A stretch of DNA of 12,457 bases from positions 1-12,457 of the forward strand of contig JAYUUO010000130.1 of the NCBI GenBank assembly GCA_043754515.1, given 5' to 3'. Each line of letters opens with the position of its first letter. The first letter of the stretch is position 1. Position numbers and translations under genes: made by a program. Below, one piece after another: positions 1 to 6,885 of the stretch. This stretch comes from Armatimonadota bacterium. Lineage in GTDB: Bacteria > Armatimonadota > Armatimonadia > Armatimonadales > Armatimonadaceae. A model generated the notes under the pieces. The model was not told where the DNA came from. It made no database searches and worked only from the letters and a program-made list of their open reading frames with translations.

Positions 1-130
1 CGTGACAGCGTAACGTGGCGAACGCGATGTAGTCGGTATCGCCCCGAGCAACACCGGGTCGTGCCCGCTACCGCTATCGAAAGGCTCGCGTCCGCGCGAC
101 GAACAATGGGGCGTGCCGCCGGTAACAATC

Positions 131-162
131 GGATACCGCTCCGCCGTATTTCGCGGTATCCT
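131..162 (+). promoter_or_regulatory. Putative -10 box (TATCCT, 157-162) overlapped by a 9-bp inverted repeat GGATACCGC-N13-GCGGTATCC, upstream of the S2P-S2P-trpS run
   Basis: Inverted-repeat arms at 131-139 and 153-161 read directly. The cggTATCCT context matches other -10-like boxes in the window. GGAGGA RBS at 194-199 precedes ATG 207. Confidence 0.35.
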
Positions 163-206
163 ACGGTTATATAAACCCGAGTTTTGCCCGCGCGGAGGAA
201 TGTTCC

Positions 207-935
207 ATGCTGGATTTGATTAAAGGCTACGCTAACCTATTGCATCACCCGTCCTGGCTCGCCGGTGGCGAGGGGGAGAGCTACTGGATTCTGTATATCT
301 TCCTCGGTATCGCGATCCTTATCTCGCTCGCGATCCATGAGTTCGGTCACGCCTGGATGGCCGACAAGCTAGGCGACCCCGGACCCCGAGAGGCGGGTCG
401 CCTTACGCTCGCGCCGTGGGCGCACCTCGACCCGCTCGGGACTCTCATCGCAGCCGCCAGTTGTCTTATCGGGTTCCCCGTCGGCTGGGGCAGGCCGGTC
501 AAGACCGACCCCGAAATGTACCGCGTTGACCGCAAACTCGGCATCGTGATGGTCGCAATGGCCGGACCTTTAGCCAGCCTCGCGGCGGCACTAGCACTGG
601 CACTCCCGGTGCGGTTCCTGATCGCGCTACTGAGTGAACACGCTGGGGAGATGGAGATGTGGCTCCTCTTCACGCTCGCGGTGACGTACATCATTAGCCT
701 CCTCGTGATGCTGGTCTCGCTGTCGCTATTCGCGTTCAACTTGCTCCCGCTCTACCCGCTCGATGGCTCGCCGGTGCTCGCGAATCTGCTCCCCAAAGAC
801 CTCGGCATAGTATACGTCCGTGTCATGAAGCGGTACGGTCTGTACATATTCCTGGGGTTGCTAGGGTCCGGGCTGCTGAACGAGTTCGTGGGACCCGTCG
901 TGACCGGATTAGCCCGCTTCCTGCTAGGAGTATAA
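207..935 (+). CDS. Site-2 protease family (M50) intramembrane zinc metalloprotease, paralog 1
   Basis: HEFGH (HExxH) in a hydrophobic segment, GRLTLAPWAHLDPLG, GWGRPV, AMAGP, and FNLLPLYPLDG (NxxPxxxLDG, third Zn ligand). Several TM helices. GGAGGA RBS. Confidence 0.93.
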   Translation: MLDLIKGYANLLHHPSWLAGGEGESYWILYIFLGIAILISLAIHEFGHAWMADKLGDPGPREAGRLTLAPWAHLDPLGTLIAAASCLIGFPVGWGRPVKTDPEMYRVDRKLGIVMVAMAGPLASLAAALALALPVRFLIALLSEHAGEMEMWLLFTLAVTYIISLLVMLVSLSLFAFNLLPLYPLDGSPVLANLLPKDLGIVYVRVMKRYGLYIFLGLLGSGLLNEFVGPVVTGLARFLLGV

Positions 936-941
936 AGAACC

Positions 942-1586
942 GTGTTCGATGGAACCTGGAGCCAGGAACACTGGGTCCACATCATCATGATACTCGTGTC
1001 GGTGCTCCTCTCGATCACTGTACACGAGTTCGCCCACGCGAAAATGGCGGACTTCCTAGGCGACGATACTCCCCGCCGTCAGGGGCGCATCTCGCTCAAC
1101 CCGCTCGACCATCTCGACCCCATTGGCACGCTCGGGATCATCGCCATTCTGTTCACCGGCTACGGCTTCGGCTGGGGCAAGCCGGTAATACACAACCCGC
1201 TCAACAACACAAAGACCACCCTGCGCCTTGGGAAGTGGCTGGTCACGGCGGCGGGTCCGGCATCGAACCTGGTGATCGCTGTCGTCCTCGGGCTACTCCT
1301 GCGTTTCAACGCGTTCGCCTTCGACCCCCTGTTCACCGAGCAGTGGGCATTTATTACCCTGAACGTCAACGTCGGGCTGATGCTCTTCAATCTGATCCCC
1401 GTGCCACCGCTCGACGGCTCCAAACTAATCCTCCCACTCCTCAATAACCGGGTGGCGGATAACCTGGAGCGGCAATACGCCGTATGGGGCATCATCCCGC
1501 TGGCCGTACTCGTACTGCTCCGAATCCCGCAAATGCTTCTCGACACGCCGATAAGGGCGTTCACCCATTTCCTCACTGGCTACTAA
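942..1586 (+). CDS. Site-2 protease family (M50) intramembrane zinc metalloprotease, paralog 2
   Basis: HEFAH, GRISLNPLDHLDPIG, GWGKPV, AAGPASN, FNLIPVPPLDG. GTG start 6 nt after the upstream stop, with AGGAG at 926-930. Confidence 0.93.
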   Translation: MFDGTWSQEHWVHIIMILVSVLLSITVHEFAHAKMADFLGDDTPRRQGRISLNPLDHLDPIGTLGIIAILFTGYGFGWGKPVIHNPLNNTKTTLRLGKWLVTAAGPASNLVIAVVLGLLLRFNAFAFDPLFTEQWAFITLNVNVGLMLFNLIPVPPLDGSKLILPLLNNRVADNLERQYAVWGIIPLAVLVLLRIPQMLLDTPIRAFTHFLTGY

Positions 1587-1617
1587 ATCGTCCGGGTACG
1601 TGGTAAAACGGGTCACT

Positions 1618-2637
1618 ATGGATATGACCCCCGCGAAAAAGCGGCTTCTTTCGGGGATGCAACCGACCGGAGCCGGTAAACTGCATTTAGGCAACTACGA
1701 AGGCGCGCTCAAGGAATGGGTCCGCCTGCAAGACGAGTACGAGATGTTTTGCTTCGTCGCGGACTGGCACGCCCTGACGACGCTCGTTGCCACCGGACAG
1801 AGCATCGTCGCGGACGCACGCGAGATCGCGCTCGACTACCTTTCGGCGGGACTCGACCCCGAAAAGTGTGCCATTTTCCTGCAATCGCACGTCCCGCAAC
1901 ACGCCGAACTGTCGCTCCTCCTGGGCATGTTGACGCCGGTCTCATGGCTGGAGCGGGTACCGACTTACAAAGAAAAGCACGATCTACTCGCGGAGCGAGA
2001 CGGCGGCGAGGCGGGCGTCTCCTATGGTTTGCTCGGCTATCCGGTTCTGCAAACGGCGGACATCCTGGTCTACCGCGCCCAAGCCGTTCCGGTCGGTAAG
2101 GATCAGGCGGCGCACCTCGAACTATCGCGTGAAATCGCCCGCCGCTTCAATCACAACTACGGCGTCGAGTTCTTCCCGGAGCCGCAGGCAGTTATTAGCG
2201 AGGCGACCGGAACATTAATCGGCCTCGACGGCCGCAAGATGAGCAAGTCCTACGACAACGCCATCTATCTGACCGACACGGCGGACGAGGTGAACGCGAA
2301 ACTTAAGAAGGCGTTCACGACGCCAGCGCGCCAGCGACTGACCGACCCCGGAGTACCTGAAGGGTGCTCCGTCTGCCAACTGCGCCGCGTCTATGACCCA
2401 GACGGTTACCAGATGCAATGGGACGAATGCCGCGCGGCGACGCGGGGCTGTGTCCAGTCGAAAAAGGAGACGGCGGATATACTCAACGCGGCACTAGAAC
2501 CGCTACGAGAGCGGCGCAAGTTGTACGCGGACGATCCGGCGCAACTAGACCGCATCCTGAGCCGGGGGGCGGAGCGGGCGCGTGACGCCGCCGAGGATAC
2601 GATGCGTCATGTGCGCAAGATCATGAAACTGGTGTGA
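1618..2637 (+). CDS. trpS: Tryptophan--tRNA ligase (ORF open from GTG 1600; ATG 1618 or 1624 is a more likely start)
   Basis: LSGMQPTG..LHLGNY (HIGH-type motif), ADWHALT, YPVLQTADIL, VPVGKDQ..HLELSREIARRFN, GLDGRKMSKS. Confidence 0.97.
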   Translation: MDMTPAKKRLLSGMQPTGAGKLHLGNYEGALKEWVRLQDEYEMFCFVADWHALTTLVATGQSIVADAREIALDYLSAGLDPEKCAIFLQSHVPQHAELSLLLGMLTPVSWLERVPTYKEKHDLLAERDGGEAGVSYGLLGYPVLQTADILVYRAQAVPVGKDQAAHLELSREIARRFNHNYGVEFFPEPQAVISEATGTLIGLDGRKMSKSYDNAIYLTDTADEVNAKLKKAFTTPARQRLTDPGVPEGCSVCQLRRVYDPDGYQMQWDECRAATRGCVQSKKETADILNAALEPLRERRKLYADDPAQLDRILSRGAERARDAAEDTMRHVRKIMKLV

Positions 2638-2644
2638 ACGCATA

Positions 2645-2689
2645 AAAGGAGACGCCCGCCGCGCGAACCGCGCGGCGGGCGTCTCCTTT
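2645..2689. terminator. Bidirectional intrinsic terminator between convergent trpS and the DUF3618 gene
   Basis: Perfect 21-bp inverted repeat AAAGGAGACGCCCGCCGCGCG-AAC-CGCGCGGCGGGCGTCTCCTTT starting just after the trpS stop, with T-runs on both strands. Confidence 0.88.
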
Positions 2690-2706
2690 ACTTGTGTGAG
2701 TTACGC

Positions 2707-2728
2707 AGTGTGGGTTTCAACCCGCGCT
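2707..2728. repeat. REP-like hairpin, copy 1 (core GGTTTCAACC)
   Basis: AGTGTGGGTT-TC-AACCCGCGCT (10-bp stem with two G-T pairs), enclosed by an outer stem GTTACGC (2700-2706)/GCGTAAC (2740-2746). Same 10-nt core as 11163-11172. Confidence 0.4.
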
Positions 2729-2769
2729 CTTGACGAACCGCGTAACACCTAACTTAACCAGCGGGGGGC

Positions 2770-4164
2770 CTACGCCGGGACTAGTTTGCTCGCCTTCGCC
2801 GAAGTCTCGACAGCAGCTTGCACCTTGTCTTTAGCTTCCACTAGTTGGCTCTGGACCGATTCCATCACCTCGGTCACTTGCGCCTTGACGCTATCTTTGC
2901 CGTCGACGAGTTGCTCTTTAGCCACGTTCAGCGCGTCCTCCGCTACGTTCTGCACCTTACCCATGAGATCCTGAGCCTGTTGCCCAGCCTGATCCGCGAG
3001 CTGGTCGCGGTAAGTGCCCATCAGTCTGTTCTCCGGCTCGGTGGACGGGAGTGCGAGGCCGATCACGGTGCCAAGTAGGAGAGCTATCGCCCCGGTCGCG
3101 AGCGGGTTACCCGTCACGAAGTCCTGCGTCGCTTCAGCGGCTTTGCGGGCGTTCGTCTGCGCGGCGTGCGTTAGCTCGGTTGCCTTCGTGCTGACGAGCG
3201 CGCCGGTCTCGCTCGCCTTATCCTGAACGGTGTGCGCCATCCCAGACGCCTTCGCCTGCAAATCTGACGCGGTGTCCTCGATCTTCGCCTGCAAATCCTG
3301 GGCGGTGTCCGCGATCTTCGCCTTCGCGCCCTCAACCGCGTCCCCGATCTTCTCGCCAGTCGCGCTGAGCGTCGTGCCGGCCTGGTTCAGAACGGACTGC
3401 ACCCCGCCGGTAGTCATGCCCGAGGTGAACACGGGAGTGCCCGTACCCGCCGCGTAGTCGCCGTAAGACGCGCCACGATTAACCACATACCCTGTATCAC
3501 GGTAGGTATCCACCGGGTATGAGTTGTTACCGCTCACAAGAGTGGGGGTAGCGTGTTGCCGCTTCATTATCGCGTCTACTATAAGCCAACCCAACCCGAG
3601 GCCAACTAGAGCGGTCGGAATAGGGTTCTCTTTGATCGTTGCCATCAATACGTCTCCCGTTTGTTTGAATGTGTCGCCTGCCATACCGGCGACCACGACT
3701 GCCCCCGCCCCGGTGGCGATCAGCGCGGCATTACTGTTGCCGCCGTCGCTCTTGCCGGAAGGGTGCGTGAGATTATCCAGTTTGTCCTTCGCGGCTCCCG
3801 CCATCTCGGACACTTTTTCACCGATCGAGTGCGCTGCGTCGCTGACCGACGCGACAACGCTCATCGCCGCGTCACTGGCACCATGCGTCATCTCGGATAC
3901 TTTATCCTTGACCGCGTCCTTCGCCTCGTCAATCTTCTCGTGTACCGCGTCGCTGACGGCTTCCTTCGCCTCCTCAACCAAACGCTTCGGCGAAAGCTGT
4001 TGCTTGATCGCGTTGATCGTTTCGCTCATTTCGGAGCGGGTGTGCTCGATATTGGCTTTTGTCGCCTCAATCTCCGGCGATGACTCGACTATGCTCTCCT
4101 CGAAGGAGGCCGATGGGTAGGCCGCCGTTGTAATCGGTCGCTCTAGATCTGTTGCTTCGCCCAT
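2770..4164 (-). CDS. DUF3618-domain protein with LEA-like 11-mer repeats and two DUF883/ElaB-like hydrophobic anchors (464 aa from ATG 4164)
   Basis: N-terminal EIEATKANIEHTRSEMSETINAIKQQLSP fits DUF3618. Ala/Lys/Asp-rich helical repeats. KENPIPTALVGLGLGWL and GNPLATGAIALLLGTVIGLALPSTEPENRLMG segments. GGAGGA RBS (complement of 4171-4176) 6 nt before ATG 4164. The ORF-track extension to 4299 overlaps the upstream gene. Confidence 0.82.
   Translation of the reverse strand: MGEATDLERPITTAAYPSASFEESIVESSPEIEATKANIEHTRSEMSETINAIKQQLSPKRLVEEAKEAVSDAVHEKIDEAKDAVKDKVSEMTHGASDAAMSVVASVSDAAHSIGEKVSEMAGAAKDKLDNLTHPSGKSDGGNSNAALIATGAGAVVVAGMAGDTFKQTGDVLMATIKENPIPTALVGLGLGWLIVDAIMKRQHATPTLVSGNNSYPVDTYRDTGYVVNRGASYGDYAAGTGTPVFTSGMTTGGVQSVLNQAGTTLSATGEKIGDAVEGAKAKIADTAQDLQAKIEDTASDLQAKASGMAHTVQDKASETGALVSTKATELTHAAQTNARKAAEATQDFVTGNPLATGAIALLLGTVIGLALPSTEPENRLMGTYRDQLADQAGQQAQDLMGKVQNVAEDALNVAKEQLVDGKDSVKAQVTEVMESVQSQLVEAKDKVQAAVETSAKASKLVPA
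3250..3323 (-). repeat. 33-bp coding tandem repeat (11-aa LEA-like units AKAKIADTAQD / LQAKIEDTASD / LQAKASGMAHT)
   Basis: CTTCGCCTGCAAATC at 3250 and 3283, CTTCGCCT at 3316, GCGGTGTCC at 3269 and 3302: all 33 bp apart. Confidence 0.8.
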
Positions 4165-4586
4165 TTTGCGTCCTCCTTCAGGGTATCCAGCGTGTTGTGC
4201 GGCATCGGGTCGATCTTCTTCAGCGCGTTCACTCCGTTCATCGCAAGAGCCGCGCCCCCGCCCATCGCGATCAGCGCGACCAACAAAGCCGCGCCCCACG
4301 CGGGTAGATGCACGATCTCCACGAGAATCAGAACAACCGACGCGAAAAGCACGAGCGCGCCCGCATACGCAAGAAAGGCACCCACCGCGATCATCGCGGC
4401 GTCCTTACCCATCTTCGCGGCCTTCTGGGTCAACTCCGCTTTGGCCAGATTGACTTCCTGCCGTACCAGATCCGCCGATTCTCGGGTCAGGTCGCTGAAC
4501 AGTTCGCCGAGTGACTTCTCATCCGTCGCGGGGGCGTTACGGACGTTCCCGTACGACGTAGCCCCGACTTGCGTCTCGATTGACAT
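4143..4586 (-). CDS. Actinobacterial holin-X / Phage_holin_3_6 superfamily membrane protein (YqjE-like; probably not a true phage holin)
   Basis: SLGELFSDLTRESADLVRQEVNLAKAEL, two TM helices, PAWGAALLV, and C-terminal PHNTLDTLKEDAKWAK. Overlaps the DUF3618 start, which is the usual arrangement. Confidence 0.85.
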   Translation of the reverse strand: MSIETQVGATSYGNVRNAPATDEKSLGELFSDLTRESADLVRQEVNLAKAELTQKAAKMGKDAAMIAVGAFLAYAGALVLFASVVLILVEIVHLPAWGAALLVALIAMGGGAALAMNGVNALKKIDPMPHNTLDTLKEDAKWAKQQI

Positions 4587-4598
4587 GTTTATTTATCC

Positions 4599-5522
4599 CT
4601 ACAGCGTGCTGTTGCCATAACCGGACGGCACCGTAGTCTGATAACCTGCGGTCGTCGTGCTGTTGCCATAGCCCGAACCCGAAGACAGGTTGGCCGAGTA
4701 ATTCGGGGTAGGCGGTGCCACCGTGTTGGTGTAACCGCTAGCGGTGCGGTTGGATGACTTCAGGAAGCGCGCGATGGCAATGCCGAGCAAGAACGCTCCG
4801 CCGATGAACATCTGCGGGTTCTGCTTAGCGTAAGCAGTCACATCGGACGCCAGTTCGTCAACGCTCTTGTCCTTCAGGTAGCTAGCGAATCCCTCTACCT
4901 GCCCCGCGAACCCCGTGACGGCACCCGCGATTGGAGCCTGCCCCTTCTCCTCAAGCGTATTAGCACTCTGGCGGATCGCTTCAGTAATGGCTGTCAATCC
5001 GTCCGCCGCCTTCGCCTTCTGGTCGCCGATGGTGTCCTTCACCTTATCGGTGGCCTGCGCGGTAAGTGTAGAAACCTGCGCCTTCGCCTGCCCCGCGAGG
5101 TCGGCGACCTGATCCTTAGCCTGGGCAACGAGGTCCGTCGTCTGCGCTTTCACCGACTCGGCCGCAGTAGTAGCCGCCGCCTTGACGTCCTCTATCTTGT
5201 CCTTGACCGCGTCCGCCGCGTCCTTGACGGCATCCGTCGGCTTGGTACCGGGGGTTACAACAGTCGTGCTGAAGTGCATCCCCGCCGCCCCGGTGAACGA
5301 ATGGTCCGTGCTAATACCCGAGCCGAAGTCCCCAGCGGAAAGCCCGGATGTCGCTGGCTTGTTGATGTCGCCCTGGTCGGCACCCAGGATACCCCCGAAC
5401 GGGCTGAACTCGTCCGTGTTGAGCGTAGTATTATCGGTCGGCCTCGACAGGGTGCCCAGGGTGCCGCCCGCCGTTCCGTAAGATGTGGTTATGTTTGGTG
5501 TAGAAACGTCGTTATTAGCCAT
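4599..5522 (-). CDS. Hypothetical stress-type protein: disordered N-terminus, LEA-like 11-mer helical repeats, C-terminal DUF883/ElaB-like membrane anchor
   Basis: DLVAQAKDQVA/DLAGQAKAQVS/TLTAQATDKVK 11-mers; YLKDKSVDELASDVTAYAKQNPQMFIGGAFLLGIAIARFLKSS. GAAGGGGA RBS (complement of 5531-5538) 8 nt before the ATG. Confidence 0.78.
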   Translation of the reverse strand: MANNDVSTPNITTSYGTAGGTLGTLSRPTDNTTLNTDEFSPFGGILGADQGDINKPATSGLSAGDFGSGISTDHSFTGAAGMHFSTTVVTPGTKPTDAVKDAADAVKDKIEDVKAAATTAAESVKAQTTDLVAQAKDQVADLAGQAKAQVSTLTAQATDKVKDTIGDQKAKAADGLTAITEAIRQSANTLEEKGQAPIAGAVTGFAGQVEGFASYLKDKSVDELASDVTAYAKQNPQMFIGGAFLLGIAIARFLKSSNRTASGYTNTVAPPTPNYSANLSSGSGYGNSTTTAGYQTTVPSGYGNSTL

Positions 5523-5589
5523 GATTTCTATCCCCTTCAGATGTGCAAAGTAGCGTGCTCCGATGATTGTTCATCGCGCCGTACTGTGG

Positions 5590-5614
5590 ATACCCGGTAC
5601 GGCAAATCTTAAAC
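5590..5614 (-). promoter_or_regulatory. SigB/SigF-type general-stress promoter GTTTAA-N13-GGGTAT
   Basis: The minus strand reads GTTTAA (5614-5609) gatttgccgtacc GGGTAT (5595-5590), matching the Bacillus SigB consensus GTTTAA-N12-14-GGGWAW. It is oriented toward ATG 5522, about 67 nt downstream. Confidence 0.7.
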
Positions 5615-5634
5615 GTTGGGGGTATCGTGGGACC

Positions 5635-6474
5635 ATGCGATACATCGGCATTGACCTCGCCTGGGGGGCGAAGAACACCACGGCGGCGGTGACGCTCTCG
5701 GCGACGGATGGAGGGCTGGTCTACCTGGCCCATAACGACACCCTGACCGACAACCGGAGCATTGCCGATTTCGTCGCGCTGTGTGACGACGGGGGTGGGC
5801 TTGTCATCGCGGTGGACGCGCCGACCGTGGTGCCCAATGCTTTCGGGCGGCGGGCCTGCGAAGCCGTCCTCGCACGTTGCATGTGCCGCTACCAGGCGGG
5901 ACCTCATCCGGCGAACCGCACTTTGCTCGCCGACGCGAGCGGCGAGATTCGTGGCGAGGCGTTGGTCGCCCTGCTCGGCGGGCGGTTCGGCATCGCACAC
6001 ACGCCGTACCTGCCCGAACCACCACCGCGCGTTGTCTTCGAGGCGTTCCCGCATCCGGCGCATATCGCGCTGTTCGGGCTGGCGAAGACGCTGAAGTATA
6101 AAAAGAAGCCGGGGCGGGATCGCGCATTCCGGGACGGCGAGTTCCGGCGGTACGGGGCGTACCTGCGCGGTCTGGATGCCGCCGAACCGCCGCTCAAGCT
6201 AACGCCGGAGGCCGCGCCGTGGTTATGGAAGGAGCCGGAAGACTTTCTCTCCGAAGTCGCCCTGAAGCGGCACGAGGATCTGCTCGACGCGCTGACGTGC
6301 GCCTACATCGCGGCCTACCACCACCGCTGGGCGGGCGATCGGTCGGTCGTGGTCGGCGACCTATCGGAAGGGTACATCGTCACTCCCGCAACCCCGGAGA
6401 TGCGTTCTTGTTTCGGCGCGTTGGTCAACACGGCGGAATCGGCGTACAATGAAGGGCAGGAAAGGAACGGCTAA
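5635..6474 (+). CDS. DUF429 domain protein (predicted RNase H-like nuclease); start at ATG 5635
   Basis: N-terminal MRYIGIDLAWG, IAVDAP, GRRACE, FEAFPHPA, LKYKKK, EDLLDALTCAY, GDLSEGYIVTP. Confidence 0.85.
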   Translation: MRYIGIDLAWGAKNTTAAVTLSATDGGLVYLAHNDTLTDNRSIADFVALCDDGGGLVIAVDAPTVVPNAFGRRACEAVLARCMCRYQAGPHPANRTLLADASGEIRGEALVALLGGRFGIAHTPYLPEPPPRVVFEAFPHPAHIALFGLAKTLKYKKKPGRDRAFRDGEFRRYGAYLRGLDAAEPPLKLTPEAAPWLWKEPEDFLSEVALKRHEDLLDALTCAYIAAYHHRWAGDRSVVVGDLSEGYIVTPATPEMRSCFGALVNTAESAYNEGQERNG

Positions 6475-6507
6475 CACGAACATCACCGTGGCCGTTTTCT
6501 ACTGGGA

Positions 6508-6885
6508 ATGACCTTTGCGTCCGCGGTATTCTTTCTGGGCTTCACGCTCTTGATTTCGCTCGGCATCTTCGCGCTGGGGCTGGTGCTCGCTGCGTCGGTT
6601 TTCGCACTGATCGCGGCGGGGATGGACGTCGCCCGATTCGTCACCCGCTGGACACGCTGGACCCGGATGGCATGGCGCGGGCTTGGCGACACCGGCCGGC
6701 AGTTCATCTGGTGCTGGTTCGGCTTCGGATTGTGTCTGCTACTCGGCGGCGCGAGTCTTCTCGTGCCGCGTCCCGTGTTCGGCGGCGACGTGCCGCTGGA
6801 TGGTTTTCACCTGCTCGGAATCGCGCTCACGGTGCCCGCCGTGATGCAGATCGCGGATCGCCTGACGCACAAGCGGGGCGCGTGA
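6508..6885 (+). CDS. Small hypothetical integral membrane protein (3-4 TM segments)
   Basis: Long hydrophobic stretches separated by an Arg/Trp-rich loop. Its TGA overlaps the next GTG start (GTGA, 6882-6885). Confidence 0.6.
   Translation: MTFASAVFFLGFTLLISLGIFALGLVLAASVFALIAAGMDVARFVTRWTRWTRMAWRGLGDTGRQFIWCWFGFGLCLLLGGASLLVPRPVFGGDVPLDGFHLLGIALTVPAVMQIADRLTHKRGA

Noticed and set aside
1..130. Possible end or start of a gene at the left edge
   Set aside because: Too short, with no recognisable motif in the frames examined.
1587..1617. T-box or attenuator upstream of trpS
   Set aside because: Only about 30 nt separate the S2P stop from trpS. No T-box motif or Trp-rich leader peptide is visible there or at 1-206.
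3250..3323. 33-bp periodic repeats as a possible CRISPR array
   Set aside because: In-frame coding repeats with no unique spacers and no cas genes.
4143..4586. Holin-family gene as evidence of a prophage
   Set aside because: No endolysin, structural or integrase genes. This family normally occurs with DUF3618 in chromosomal stress-type operons.
4605..4670. 15-bp direct repeat CGTGCTGTTGCCATA at 4605 and 4656
   Set aside because: Two copies inside a CDS encoding a repeated YGNST peptide in a low-complexity tail. Not a CRISPR array or an att site.
6449..6511. 20-aa ORF (MKGRKGTANTNITVAVFYWE) with an ATGA overlap, and possible read-through of the DUF429 TAA into the in-frame membrane ORF
   Set aside because: No RBS or recognisable motif. 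In-frame adjacency happens one time in three, and TAA is rarely read through.
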